A stretch of 57,779 nucleotides of DNA from Catajapyx aquilonaris. Its lineage: Eukaryota. The stretch is taken from positions 62,001 through 119,779 of the forward strand of contig KZ538121.1 in assembly GCA_000934665.2 (NCBI GenBank). The letters are read 5' to 3'. A program made the translations under genes and the position numbers. The notes under the pieces were generated by a model. It ran no database searches and was not told the DNA's origin. It saw only the letters and a list, made by a program, of their open reading frames with translations. Of the stretch, positions 1 to 10,335 are shown piece by piece; positions within the stretch are counted from its first letter, which is position 1; each line of letters begins with the position of its first letter.

Positions 1-30
1 CTTTCCAAGCAATAAATCGCAGCGCAACGA

Positions 31-867
31 TCAGCGCTTCCCATTGTTGTAGCTCATGGTGCGTATGGGCGCCTTGAAGTTGGCGGCCGCCGCCTGCTGC
101 ATCTGGTACGCCAAGGGATGGATCTTGAACCCATACAGCCTGGGGAAAAAAGGGAGGTTGGATTTAGTCCCCACCGGTGTGCGGTCCATGGGAGTACCGA
201 CCTTGGTACGAATTGGTTGGCAGGCCTCTTTGGGCGGTACTCGGGATGAACCATGAAGAGCATGTGGGGGAACCCGGTGCCAAAGTATGACCCGTCTGTG
301 TGGTGGTGCCGGGAGGACTTGGGGCTGTACACGTCCATGCACTTGGGGCAGTACAGCTTCACCATCGCCTCGCCTGGCACGTCGGACAGGCCTGGAAAAT
401 GAACCGGTTGCGCAATTGCATCGACGGTTTAACAGGGAAGCGTACCGATAGGCAGCATGGGCTGATTCTCGCAGTAGACCCGCGGGCAGTGTCCGAAGTC
501 GCCAGCCTGGTACTTCTCAATCATCTGCGCGATGCCACGATTGGTGAGGATGTACCGGGAGTGGATCAGCCCGTAGAGCATCTCCGCCGCCTGCTCAATC
601 AGGTCGGACTGGTTCGGATTGTCCTCCAGGTCGTCGTCTGCAATGAGCCGGTGAACACACGGTGTGCATGTGCAACGGTGTGCGTACGTTACCTGGCTCC
701 AAGTCCAGGATCATGTCGAGGGCCTGCCTGTAGTGCGGGACCTGCTCGTTGAGTCCAGTGAGGTTGAACTTGTCCTGTATGTAGTCCTCGTCCACCTCGC
801 AGAAGAACTCGTTCCCTCTCAACCCGCAGAACCAGGATATCCACGAGACCTCCTCAGAGCTGCTCAT
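31..867 (-). CDS. CSNK2B: Casein kinase II regulatory beta subunit
   Basis: Spliced exons 867-693, 637-446, 391-202 and 139-31 with GT-AG introns give [14 protein letters not shown]...[25 protein letters not shown]...CPRVYC...LYCPKC...[26 protein letters not shown]...NNGKR*, the canonical CK2-beta sequence. Confidence 0.98.
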
Positions 868-982
868 GTCGTCGGCTGCAAAATGAATTTAACCTTTTTT
901 AGCAGAGTGAAAGAGGCGAGCAAGAGGAAAAGGCTCAGCCTGTAGAGCCCAAGATGTCGGACTAGAGCGAAGGCGAGCTTAC

Positions 983-1268
983 ACTGTCCGGCGGGCAGGT
1001 GGCTCTGCTGCTGGATGTGCGGGGATTGGAGGATCCGTCGAGTGGGCGGGGCCAGGGCGTCGGACGCCGACCACGACGCAGACGCCCCCACCGTCGACGA
1101 GCACATGTTGCCGACGCTGGACACTCCGCTGGACGCCGACCGTCGCATCCTTCTCACGTTCCAAAAATGCAACAACAATAGAGCAATACCCAGGGCAACA
1201 ATGGGAGCATTTGTATATTTCGGGGAATGGCAACACTGGGGGCTGGTGGCCACACTGCAAGCGGCCAT
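983..1268 (-). other. Upstream exon of CK2-beta (5' UTR or in-frame N-terminal extension)
   Basis: Donor T|GTAAG at 982 and acceptor TTTTGCAG at 876. ATGs at 1268 and 1148 are in frame with Met867 after splicing. YY1-like AAGATGGCCGC at 1261-1271. Confidence 0.6.
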
Positions 1269-2243
1269 CTTGAATCCAGCAGGAAATTTTCTGTTTTTTT
1301 TTTTTTTTTTGTGTACAGTGTACAGAGTGTTTGCTACATAGCTGCCATTCCAACCAGTAATTTTGTATATTGTCCTCAGGTTTTTGTACTCTATGAATAA
1401 TAAATTGCCAATTGAAGCACACATGCTTCCTGGCTGCTTGGCGTAAAAGCATGATGACGAGGAACTTTTTTCTTGCTTAATGGAGAGGCCTAGAGATGCA
1501 TTTAGGAGAGGAGGGTCCTCCGCTATGCTGAGAAGGGTCACCACTGGTTGGTCACCTGGAGGAGGTCACCAGAAATTAATTTATAGCGGCAAACCCGTAT
1601 GTATAGTGTCAGAAAAATAAGAAGAAGCCTATAGCTACTTTTAGCAGATCATATTATGAACAAGTAATAAAGGGCATTAATGACCCCCTTATTAACCTTG
1701 AAACTGCGCATTTTCTCGACAGTGAGAAATTAATATGGGCAACATACGCAGTATAACTTGAGTGCTCGGATGCGAAGAAGAAGCAGCTGGCATGCTGGCT
1801 ATGCACACGCGTCTATTCGCGAATGATTCCTTTGAGGAGAGTATTATCATAATTTATGCCATGATCTCTCCACCACCTGTCTGGATACATAATTCGATCA
1901 TGGATTCGAACAATTCGAACACGTGACTTCATTATTTTCATGAGACATCATTATGTCTGGAATGAGATGCTGATGGGAACGGAACATACTAATTCGAGAT
2001 GATGAGAGGGGGACCTTTACCGACCACCTAATTTCTAAACAAATGCCCCTGATGGGTCTAGTTGGAGTCACTCAATTTGAATGGATTATCTCCTCATGTG
2101 CTCTCTTGATTTGGTGAGAGATGTGACCTATAGCAAATGTGATGGAAGTGTGATGCTGTGATGGTCATTTTATGTCCCTCTCTCTCATCAGATGCTGGTC
2201 GTTTTGGGCCAACTTGAATCGTTTATGTGAAATTATGAAAAAG

Positions 2244-2288
2244 ATGGAGACGATTTTGTATTAAAACCTAATACAAAATCGTCTCCAT
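2244..2288. repeat. Perfect 20-bp-stem hairpin
   Basis: ATGGAGACGATTTTGTATTA-aaacc-TAATACAAAATCGTCTCCAT. Confidence 0.9.
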
Positions 2289-2811
2289 ATTTTTGAGCTA
2301 TGTAATAAAAGTATTATAGGCTACATTTAAAAATGGCAGCACTTGTATGTTTTCATCCAAACAAGCAAGCATTTCTCATAATTATCTAGGTGAAAGAAAC
2401 GAAACCCATGTAATTTGATTGTGATGTGACCGCCATAGAGTAGGGAGGAGGAGGCGAAGGAAGTGTCACAGGCATCAAAATGGCACACCCTACACGAAAG
2501 TCACAGGTTATCTATCATCCATCGCATTTATTTGCATCACAAAATGAGCCAGCGAATGAAAGGGTCGGATTCACCTTGAAAGAGAAGTAGTGAATAATCG
2601 GCACATCTGTTTGGAGCATCTGCCGATTATTCCTTTTGTTTCCTTTCAAGCGATGTACGTATATGCCAGGGTGATTTCACAGCGAAAGAAACTGGTCTAT
2701 CCCAGCCAAGGAACGTGGCACCTTCACACCCTCCACTCATCACTGCACCTTCTGACTCGAGTCCGATCAGATGTGCCTCACCACACCTCTGGAACCTTCT
2801 GAACGACCATC

Positions 2812-3667
2812 ATGACGACTATTAAGATGATGCCTGGCTTGACCTGGATGCTGACCATCGTGGCCGTCTCCTTCTTCTTGATCCTGGGACTGGCCATGGA
2901 TGGTGCGGGAGTCGAGGCTCAAACAGGTGAGTGTCCACTGTGTAACCATAGACTGTATAGGACCTACTTGAGTGCCATATCCTCTTTGTCGAGCACTTTA
3001 TCCACCACCATCGCAAGTAATAGAAGGGCAGTTTAGAGATGAGAGAGGAAGTTGTTCTAAAGAGATCACCACTATGCCTCATTTTACAAGCCTGACCCGA
3101 TGGTCTATAGAAAATATCACGTTGGCACCACCCCTCCTCTCATGAGGTCAAACAGGATGTCAGTCGCTCCCGTATCCCACAAATTCTCTCTGCCAGCTCG
3201 TCGTCTGACCAATGGTTATTTCCAGATGACATATGCCCTGGTCTCCATACAATAAAACGCACAAACCCAAAAACTCGCTCATGCGTCGCATCATTGGTCA
3301 GACGAGCTGCCAGGGGAAATTTGTGGGAAAGAATCTGCCATACAGGGTATGGGGCACCTGTGACACTATATTAACGTGACCTGCTGACTCTCCTGAAGGG
3401 TCTGGTCGTGGGTCACGCCCTCTTTCTAAATCTGCCGAGTCAATTCAAGTTATTTCTCTCGCCTTCATTTTTGTGGGGGTGACCGTGGACAGGTGGTGAC
3501 GACAACTGAGACGTCTCTCTTTGTTCATCTTCTTCTTCACTGATCCCTGCAAGTGTGCCTCACCTACTGAACTCACCAATATGATCACGTCATGTGGAAC
3601 GAATTATACATGCCAGTATGCAACCCTGCTGAAATGTGTGGAAACGAAGTGCCAAGTTAACCCGTAG
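2812..3667 (+). CDS. Candidate two-exon secreted cysteine-rich peptide (acceptor non-canonical or mutated)
   Basis: Exon 2812-2926 encodes a signal-peptide-like stretch (MTTIKMMPGLTWMLTIVAVSFFLILGLAMDGAGVEAQT) ending at a strong CAG|GTGAGT donor. Segment 3543-3667 encodes DPCKCASPTELTNMITSCGTNYTCQYATLLKCVETKCQVNP* behind a polypyrimidine tract ending in TG. AATAAA at 3880. Confidence 0.5.
3175..3328. mobile_element. Short inverted-repeat (MITE-like) element
   Basis: TCCCACAAATT...CAGCTCGTC..TCTGACCAATG at the left pairs imperfectly with CATTGGTCAGACGAGCTG...AATTTGTGGGA at the right. Confidence 0.6.
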
Positions 3668-4291
3668 CACTCAAATGAGACCACCCGAGTCCACCACACT
3701 GACTATACGATCATCGGACGGACTGCCGTATGTATAGTGCCCAAGACCAAGCCATCATCCACTGATGGCTGATGATGGCACACACCCTTATTGTACAAGC
3801 TCCTCCACCACCACCGCAGTCGTCCTCCAGTCCTCCAGTATAGTGATGGTCTCCGCAATGCAGCGGCAGCCAATGAAACAATAAAAGTCTACTGCTTATT
3901 GCAACCGAATGAAACGCCCCGAGATGCTTCATTTATTAATAATTACTACCATCAAAAATAAAAGATAAGGGGAAATTATTTATAGGGTCCCACTGATGCT
4001 CCTCGACCAAACAAAGTCATTGATCCCTCAGCATCCATCTCTTCGGCCTGCAGCTCATCTCTGCGCCTTCCTCAACCTCAACCAGGAGCCCCGCGGGCAA
4101 AGGTTTGAAGAACGGAAGAACCGCCGGGGTGGCTACCCTGCTGCGAGTGGCTACACTGGACCCGCCATTTTGAGTCCAGCAGTGCTCCCAACCGTCCCAG
4201 TGCTGCCAACAGTAGGCCATGTGCTTCTTCTGACAGGTTCTTGCTCATTTCTTTTCTGTTATTAATATTTTCCATCTGATTGTTGCCACGG

Positions 4292-5687
4292 ATGGAGGGG
4301 CAGCAGACGGAGGAGCACGGGGTGACCCTTGACCTGAGGGGCGTGTCGGTGCGGTCGAGGAAAGGGGTGGCCTACTACGACGGGGAGATGGGGCTGAACC
4401 GAGGGGCGGTCCTGTCCGCCCTGTCCGCCCTGGTGGAGGAAGGCACCTCCGTCTTCAAGCCCGTCCTCTGCCTGGACGCGCTGTCCGCCACCGGGGCCGC
4501 CGGACTGGCCTGGAAGAAGGCCCTGGAGGACCGAGTCCAGGTCCAGGCCAACGACCCCAGGGAAGCCGGGTTCCAATGCACCGCAGCCAACTGCAAGCTC
4601 AACCGGCTGGACGTCCAGGTGTCCAACTGCGACGTGTGCGTCCTGCTGCACCAGAAGCCATTCAACTTCATGTACGTATCTCCTGCCTCGGTGTGATGAT
4701 CCGCACAACGCTAATTCCAACCGCAGATTCCTAGATTGCTACGGAGCGTCGACGCAGTACCTGGACGCAGCATTCCGCAACCTCCCGAAGAACGGCGTAC
4801 TGATCGTGACATCCACAGACGACGCATCGCTGTACGGCAAGGCGCCGGAAGCTACCAGAAAAAACTACGGCGGATTTCTCGTCAAGACATTCTACGCAAA
4901 GGAGATGGCTATACGGCTGGTGCTTGCCCAAATCGCACGGTAATTTAGCAATGGTACTTGTTATACAAATTACTACAGTACATGCTATTACAGATCGGCG
5001 GCCAAGTGCAACAAGGGGATATCGGTCCTGTGCAGCATCGCACTGAAAGGGTTCTTCACCGTTGTAGTTCGCTGCGTACGTGGCCCGTCGCATGCGGCAG
5101 ACTCCCTCTCGCATGTACGCCGCCTCATACACTGCTGCGTGTGCGAGGACCGTGCCTTCTACCCACAGACGCAGTACCCAGAGGAACATCCATACCGGCT
5201 CCTACACTGCAAATGTCACGACCAGCTGCCTGGAAAAAGCGCGCTGGAATTAGGCCCACTCTGGAGCGGACCCATCTTCTCCGCACCGTTCATATCCCAC
5301 ATGATACGACAAGCGGACAAACTGGGCCTCGGTGAGAAGCTTGGCATGCTGTTGCGGCTGGTACTGGACGAAACAAAGTGCGACAGATCGTCCGCACCAC
5401 CAGCGGACGACTCCGCTGATCCGGCTGATCCAGCGAAAAGGCCTCGGCTGGAGCTGGAAAAGGTTCAGGTGGAATTGGAAACACGGGAGTTCTCCAGCCC
5501 GCTATTTTATTTCAACCTCCATCGGCACAGCCCACGCGGGATGGACCTTCCCCGGACAGGACGCGCCATAGCCTGCCTGCAGCAATCCGGTTTCAGGGCC
5601 AGCCGTACCCACTTTGACCCCGAGGCGGTGCGCACCGACGCAACGTTGCCGGAGTTCACCTCTGTCCTGACGGCTTACAAACGCTAA
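4292..5687 (+). CDS. TRMT1L: TRMT1-like tRNA (guanine-N2)-methyltransferase family protein
   Basis: Exons 4292-4671, 4727-4939 and 4994-5687. Motifs CLDALSATGAAGLAW, FLDCYGASTQYLDAAFRN, VTSTDDASLYGK, LGPLWSGPIF and GFRASRTHFDPEAVRTDA match the Trm1/TRMT1L family and are closer to TRMT1L. Confidence 0.88.
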
Positions 5688-5754
5688 TGAAAAATTGGTT
5701 GACACCGACGCTGCTGTTTTCTGTTTAAAAGCTAGCACATCTCCTTTTGTAGTG

Positions 5755-8577
5755 TTAACGGTGCGGCTGAACCGGGGATGGGGACGACGTTGGGGTCGGG
5801 TTGGACTCCCGCTGCTGCTTCTGCTGCTCCAAAAGGCGCTCCAGCGGGGACAAACCGGGTCCAGACCACAGGGACTGGAACACGTCAAATAATTAGCGTT
5901 AATTGGCACCACATGCGAGTAGATGCTTACATGTAACGAGGGCTGAGACGGGAACATTGCGGTTGATGGCGACATGCTGGGGGTGGTCTGCGGGAAGTAG
6001 GGTCGATCCGGCATGGGCTGGCCCCAGCTGGGGGTGCTGAACAGCGAGTATGTCCCCTGACTGGCTGGGTTGGCCCGCGGGGCTGCCATGTCCGGCGGCA
6101 TGCTTCCGCCGGAGTTCAGGAACATGTCGCCCCAAGGACTGGCTCGGCCGATCGGTGCCGGGTTGGGCAAAGGCGGGGGCGGGACCTGGAATCGCTCCGG
6201 CAGCCTCGGAGCAGGCGTGAGCAGGTACGGGAATGTAAGCCCCCATTTGTCAAACGGCACGGTGGGGCTGGCGGCTGAAGCGGCTGCCCCAGGCGGCGGG
6301 ATCAGAGGCGATGGAGTGTTGCTAGTCGGCGGCGGTTGTGTCCACCATGCTGTCGGGGAAGCCGACGGGAAGCCCTGCTCCGGTCTGGCTTCCGGATGGT
6401 TCCATCCTCTGCCGCCGATTGGCCCGAACATGCCTCCTGGAGAAGGTGGCGGCGGGAAATGCGGCGGCGGCTTCCAAGTCTCCGGCGGGCTCTTCTCTTC
6501 ATCCGGGGTTGGCGTTGGTGTCTTGAACGTCACCTGCTTCTCATCCGCCCGGCGCATTATGGCTGCCAGTGCCACATTCTGCCGTTTGCGGGCAGGCGGC
6601 ACACTCGGCGGTTCATCCGGTTCGCTCTTTTTCTCTGTGGACGACTGCTTCAATATTCCGCCCAATGGACGCGGTGTCTCCTGGGTCAGACCCCAACCTG
6701 TTTCCTGCGCGGGACGACCCTGGGTGTCTGGAGATGACCCGCGTGTTCCTTGGCTTGCGTCTGATGGAGCCGGCGATGGTTGCGATGGCGCCGGCGATGG
6801 CTGGTAGCCGTCCCGCTTGTTGAGGTTGAGCTCCTCCAGCTCTCGGATGACCTCCGTCGGCACTCCCAATGTCGGCCCCACCGCTTCGAATGCCTGGGTC
6901 TCCAGTTTGTAGGTCATCAACGTGGGCGACTCGGTGGCTAGGGCCCTCCCGAGATCCAAGATGCGCCAGGCACGTATCTTGGCAGCCGTGTCTTGATCCG
7001 GGAAGTCGTCCCGGATGGGACCTTTTGAGGTAAACTTGGCTAGCACAGGCTGCAGGGGGAGGAATCCCTGCAGGTCCTGATCTTCAGGTAAAGGAACACT
7101 CGAATCTGAAATGGCAGCATGTAAGACACCATTGGGTACATGACAATAATTACGTACATGGCTCGTGATCGAAGTCACCGAGAGCGGCCCGAATCCCGGT
7201 GAGCAACTTGCTTAGACTAGGCCAGATCTGCATTCTGGACGTGAAGGCCTGACTCTTCAGAACTGCAGGTTCAATCCCGATCCACTGCAGGTACAGCTTC
7301 ACTGCAGGGAGGGCCGAGTAGTTCAGCAGTTTCTCCCCGTCCTTCAGCATGTAGACTGGAAGCAGCAGCGCGTTCAGCGTCCCCGCAGCCAGATCCAGCC
7401 CAAGGGACGCTCCGGGACGTCCCACAATGAACAGGTTGATGGCGGCCATCTGGACTAATCGGGACACCTTAATGCTCTCGGTGGCTGCAAGCGCGGTCAG
7501 GCTCGAGTTCAAAGCGGACACCAAGCTGTCCGCATCCCCGTCCTGGTCATCCGGATCGTACAGAAGCGCATGCACCTTCAGGAACAGCGACACATACTCG
7601 TTCGGCTTCAGGCGGCTGTCGGAAACCACATCCGGATCGGACGCCATCCTGCGAAGAACCTGCACACAAATATAACGATCACTGCCTCAGAACAGTGAAC
7701 TAACCTTAGCCAAATTGGTTGCCGACGCTGGGAAAGGATGTTTGACCGCAACGCTCCGGACGTAGTAGAAGACGGTGGCCAGCTTGTTCCCCTTTGCGGC
7801 CTCCAGTATCGCCAGCTGGTTGTACGGCTGTCCGCTGTTCGGTGCAACCTGGATAGCATGCCTGTAGTAAGACTCGGCCTCCCGCGTCTGGTTCCTGTAG
7901 CGAGCCAGGTCGCCCAAGTGGACCAGGCAGTGCTGGCAGACATAGTAGCAGGAGCTGAGGTTGGGCTGGTTCAGCGACTCCGATTTCGGCGGACTCAGCA
8001 TCCCGTATACCGACCCTTTCCTATATACAAATTGCAGGGAGTTACGTTGCAAGACGGTGCAAGTGCAGTACGTACCGTCTAAACGGCAAGTCCAGGTCAA
8101 ACACGGAGCATATTTCCTGCAGCAGCATAAGGTAAAAGCCGCTTGCAGCTTCCAGAAACCAGCTGAGCATCGTCTGCGAGTCCGTCCGCTTGTTGCTCTG
8201 TAATTACCGTACGGACAATTAGCATCCCCGGTTTAGGTGCAAGTACGGCAAGTACCTTCCCGTCCTTTATGAGCTGCTGTAGCGTTCCGATCTGGTTCTT
8301 AAACCCGTGATTCCACAGCTCCTGCTCCACCTTGCAATCCAAGGCGTACTCCAGATCCAATATGAGCACCTGCTTGTACAGCGACTGCAGCTGCTGGTGG
8401 CAACTCCAGGCCTCCGCATCGCTGAACAAATCCTTGCAGCTGGACACCTTCCCCTTCAAACTCTCAGCCTTCCTACAACAACACAAAAAAGAGGTGACCA
8501 TTAAGTTGACCCTGCCGTGACCTCCCACAGAATGTTCCTAACTTCAAGGCTTGTGCGGCCGCGTTGAGTCCGCCCAT
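5755..8577 (-). CDS. SMG7: Nonsense-mediated decay factor SMG7
   Basis: Exons 8577-8543, 8472-8256, 8197-8076, 8020-7705, 7659-7158, 7105-5931 and 5874-5755. Motifs LDLEYALDCKVEQELWNHGFKNQI, FLEAASGFY, CLVHLGDLARYR, GQPYNQLAILE, PLPEDQDLQGFLPL, a Pro-rich region and C-terminal SLWSGPGLSPLERLLEQQK. No PIN domain, so SMG7 rather than SMG5/6. A possible in-frame upstream ATG lies at 8592. Confidence 0.95.
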
Positions 8578-8819
8578 GGTAGCCCCTATCATTCCACTTC
8601 CAGGTGCCCAAGGCGGGTCAGTAGTTCAGGCGGCTCCATTTGCACCCGTGTTGACCTCTGACCTGCTGACCTTTCAGCCTTATTTTCGACCTGATCTGAC
8701 CTCAACGAACTACACAGGCCAGTCCGGCCGTTCCTACAGTTAAACCCCGGTCCGTTCCGCTCCGGACAAGGAACGCAGCTAGCAGTTAACGATAACGTAG
8801 CAGCTACCAGGTTCGTCAA

Positions 8820-8890
8820 CCAGCGGACAGATGTCGCCACATGCTATTTTTGACTGTAGCAAGATGGCGTCGTTTCAAAAATTGTGAGTC
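8820..8890. promoter_or_regulatory. Putative bidirectional promoter SMG7/Roquin and short non-coding Roquin exon 1
   Basis: Divergent genes. YY1-like CAAGATGGCG at 8860-8869, GTGAGT donor at 8884 that can pair with the TTTTGTAG acceptor at 10244, and GGGGCGG boxes at 8989-9008. Confidence 0.5.
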
Positions 8891-9319
8891 GTACATCGTC
8901 GTAGATTAGAAGCGTAGAAGGGAAGAGGAAGAAGGAAAGGAAAGAAAAAAAAAAAAAGGGTAGGAAGGGGCACGGGCGGAGTGAATCCAGGGGCGGAACC
9001 AGGGGCGGAACACGGGTGTTGAACCGGGGGCTGAAACTGGACGGGTTGGCAGCGGGTAGGAAGGGTGTGAAGACCCCGAATGTGAACCCGGACTTAATAG
9101 GGGTGTGGAACGTACCAGAAAATATTAGAACGGAAAAGGGGGGAGAAAAAAAAAAAGACTGGAGACAGGAACGTTCTATTTAATTAGTTCCATTTTTAAT
9201 TAGGTTTTGGCCTAATTAAGGACAGTGGGTTGTGTGTCCAGAGGGTGAAGCATAATTGGGGGGGGGCTAGGCCTAGGGACATTGACACCATGGCAATGTA
9301 TGTAAAAGTCTCAATGTTC

Positions 9320-10230
9320 TAAATGGTTTCTCCTGACCTGACCTTACATGACCTACCATACACTGACATGACCTGACACTGAGCAATATACGTGACATCA
9401 GTGTTCTCAAGGAGTAGGAAAATAACCGAGGAAATATATTATCTGGTGTTCTAAATGGTTTATTCTAACCTCGCATGACCCGACTTGACCTAACATAATC
9501 TTGCCACAAACTGTCTCGGAGCAATATATATAATATTGTGAATGTTCTAAAAGGTTTCTCCTAACCTGACTTGACCTGACTTCACATAACTTTACCTAAT
9601 CTGCCATAGCCTAACATGTGCGAGTGTTCTAAATAGTTCTAACCCAACTTGACCTATCATGACCTTACGTAATATGCCATAACTGAACATGTGCAGGTGT
9701 TCTAAATAGTTCTAACTTGACCGATCATGACCTTACTTAATATGCCATAACCTAACATGTGTGAGTGTTCTAAATAGTTCTAACCCAACTTGACCTATCA
9801 TGACCTTACTTAATATGCCATAACCGAACGTGTGCAGGTGTTCTAAATAGTTCTGACCTGACTTGGCCTAGCATGACCTTACCTAATCTGCCATAGCCTA
9901 ACATGTGCGAGTGTTCTAAATAGTTCTAACCCAACTTGACCTATCATGACCTTACTTAATATGACATAACCAAAAGTGTGCAGGTGTTCTAAATAGTTCT
10001 GACCTGACTTGGCCTAGCATGACCTTACCTAATCTGCCATAGCCTAACATGTGCGAGTGTTCTAAATAGTTCTAACGCAACTTGACCTATTATGACCTTA
10101 CTTAATATGACATAACCGAACATGTGCAGGTGTTCTAAATAGTTCTGACCTGACTTGGCCTATCATGACCTTACCTATTATGCCATAACGAGTGTTCTAA
10201 ATCATTTCTGCTAGCCTGACTTGACATTAT
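9320..10230. repeat. Tandem repeat, ~73-bp unit with alternating ~146-bp dimer
   Basis: GTGTTCTAAATAGTTCT recurs at about 9624, 9697, 9764, 9838, 9911, 9984, 10057 and 10130. Two unit variants alternate, and more degenerate copies lie upstream. Confidence 0.92.
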
Positions 10231-10335
10231 GTGACCTTTTGTAGGATGGTGGACAAATGACCCCGGGAGTCGGTGATGGCCGACGTCCCGTAACCAGAGT
10301 GTGGTTAGTGGGCCTGGGACGGACAGGTGTCCACA

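Noticed and set aside
864..1544. 226-aa minus-strand ORF as an independent gene
   Set aside because: It runs through promoter, a poly-A tract and an intron. Only 1268-983 is plausible, as the CK2-beta upstream exon.
6070..6807. 245-aa Gly-rich + strand ORF
   Set aside because: Antisense shadow of the Pro-rich SMG7 exon.
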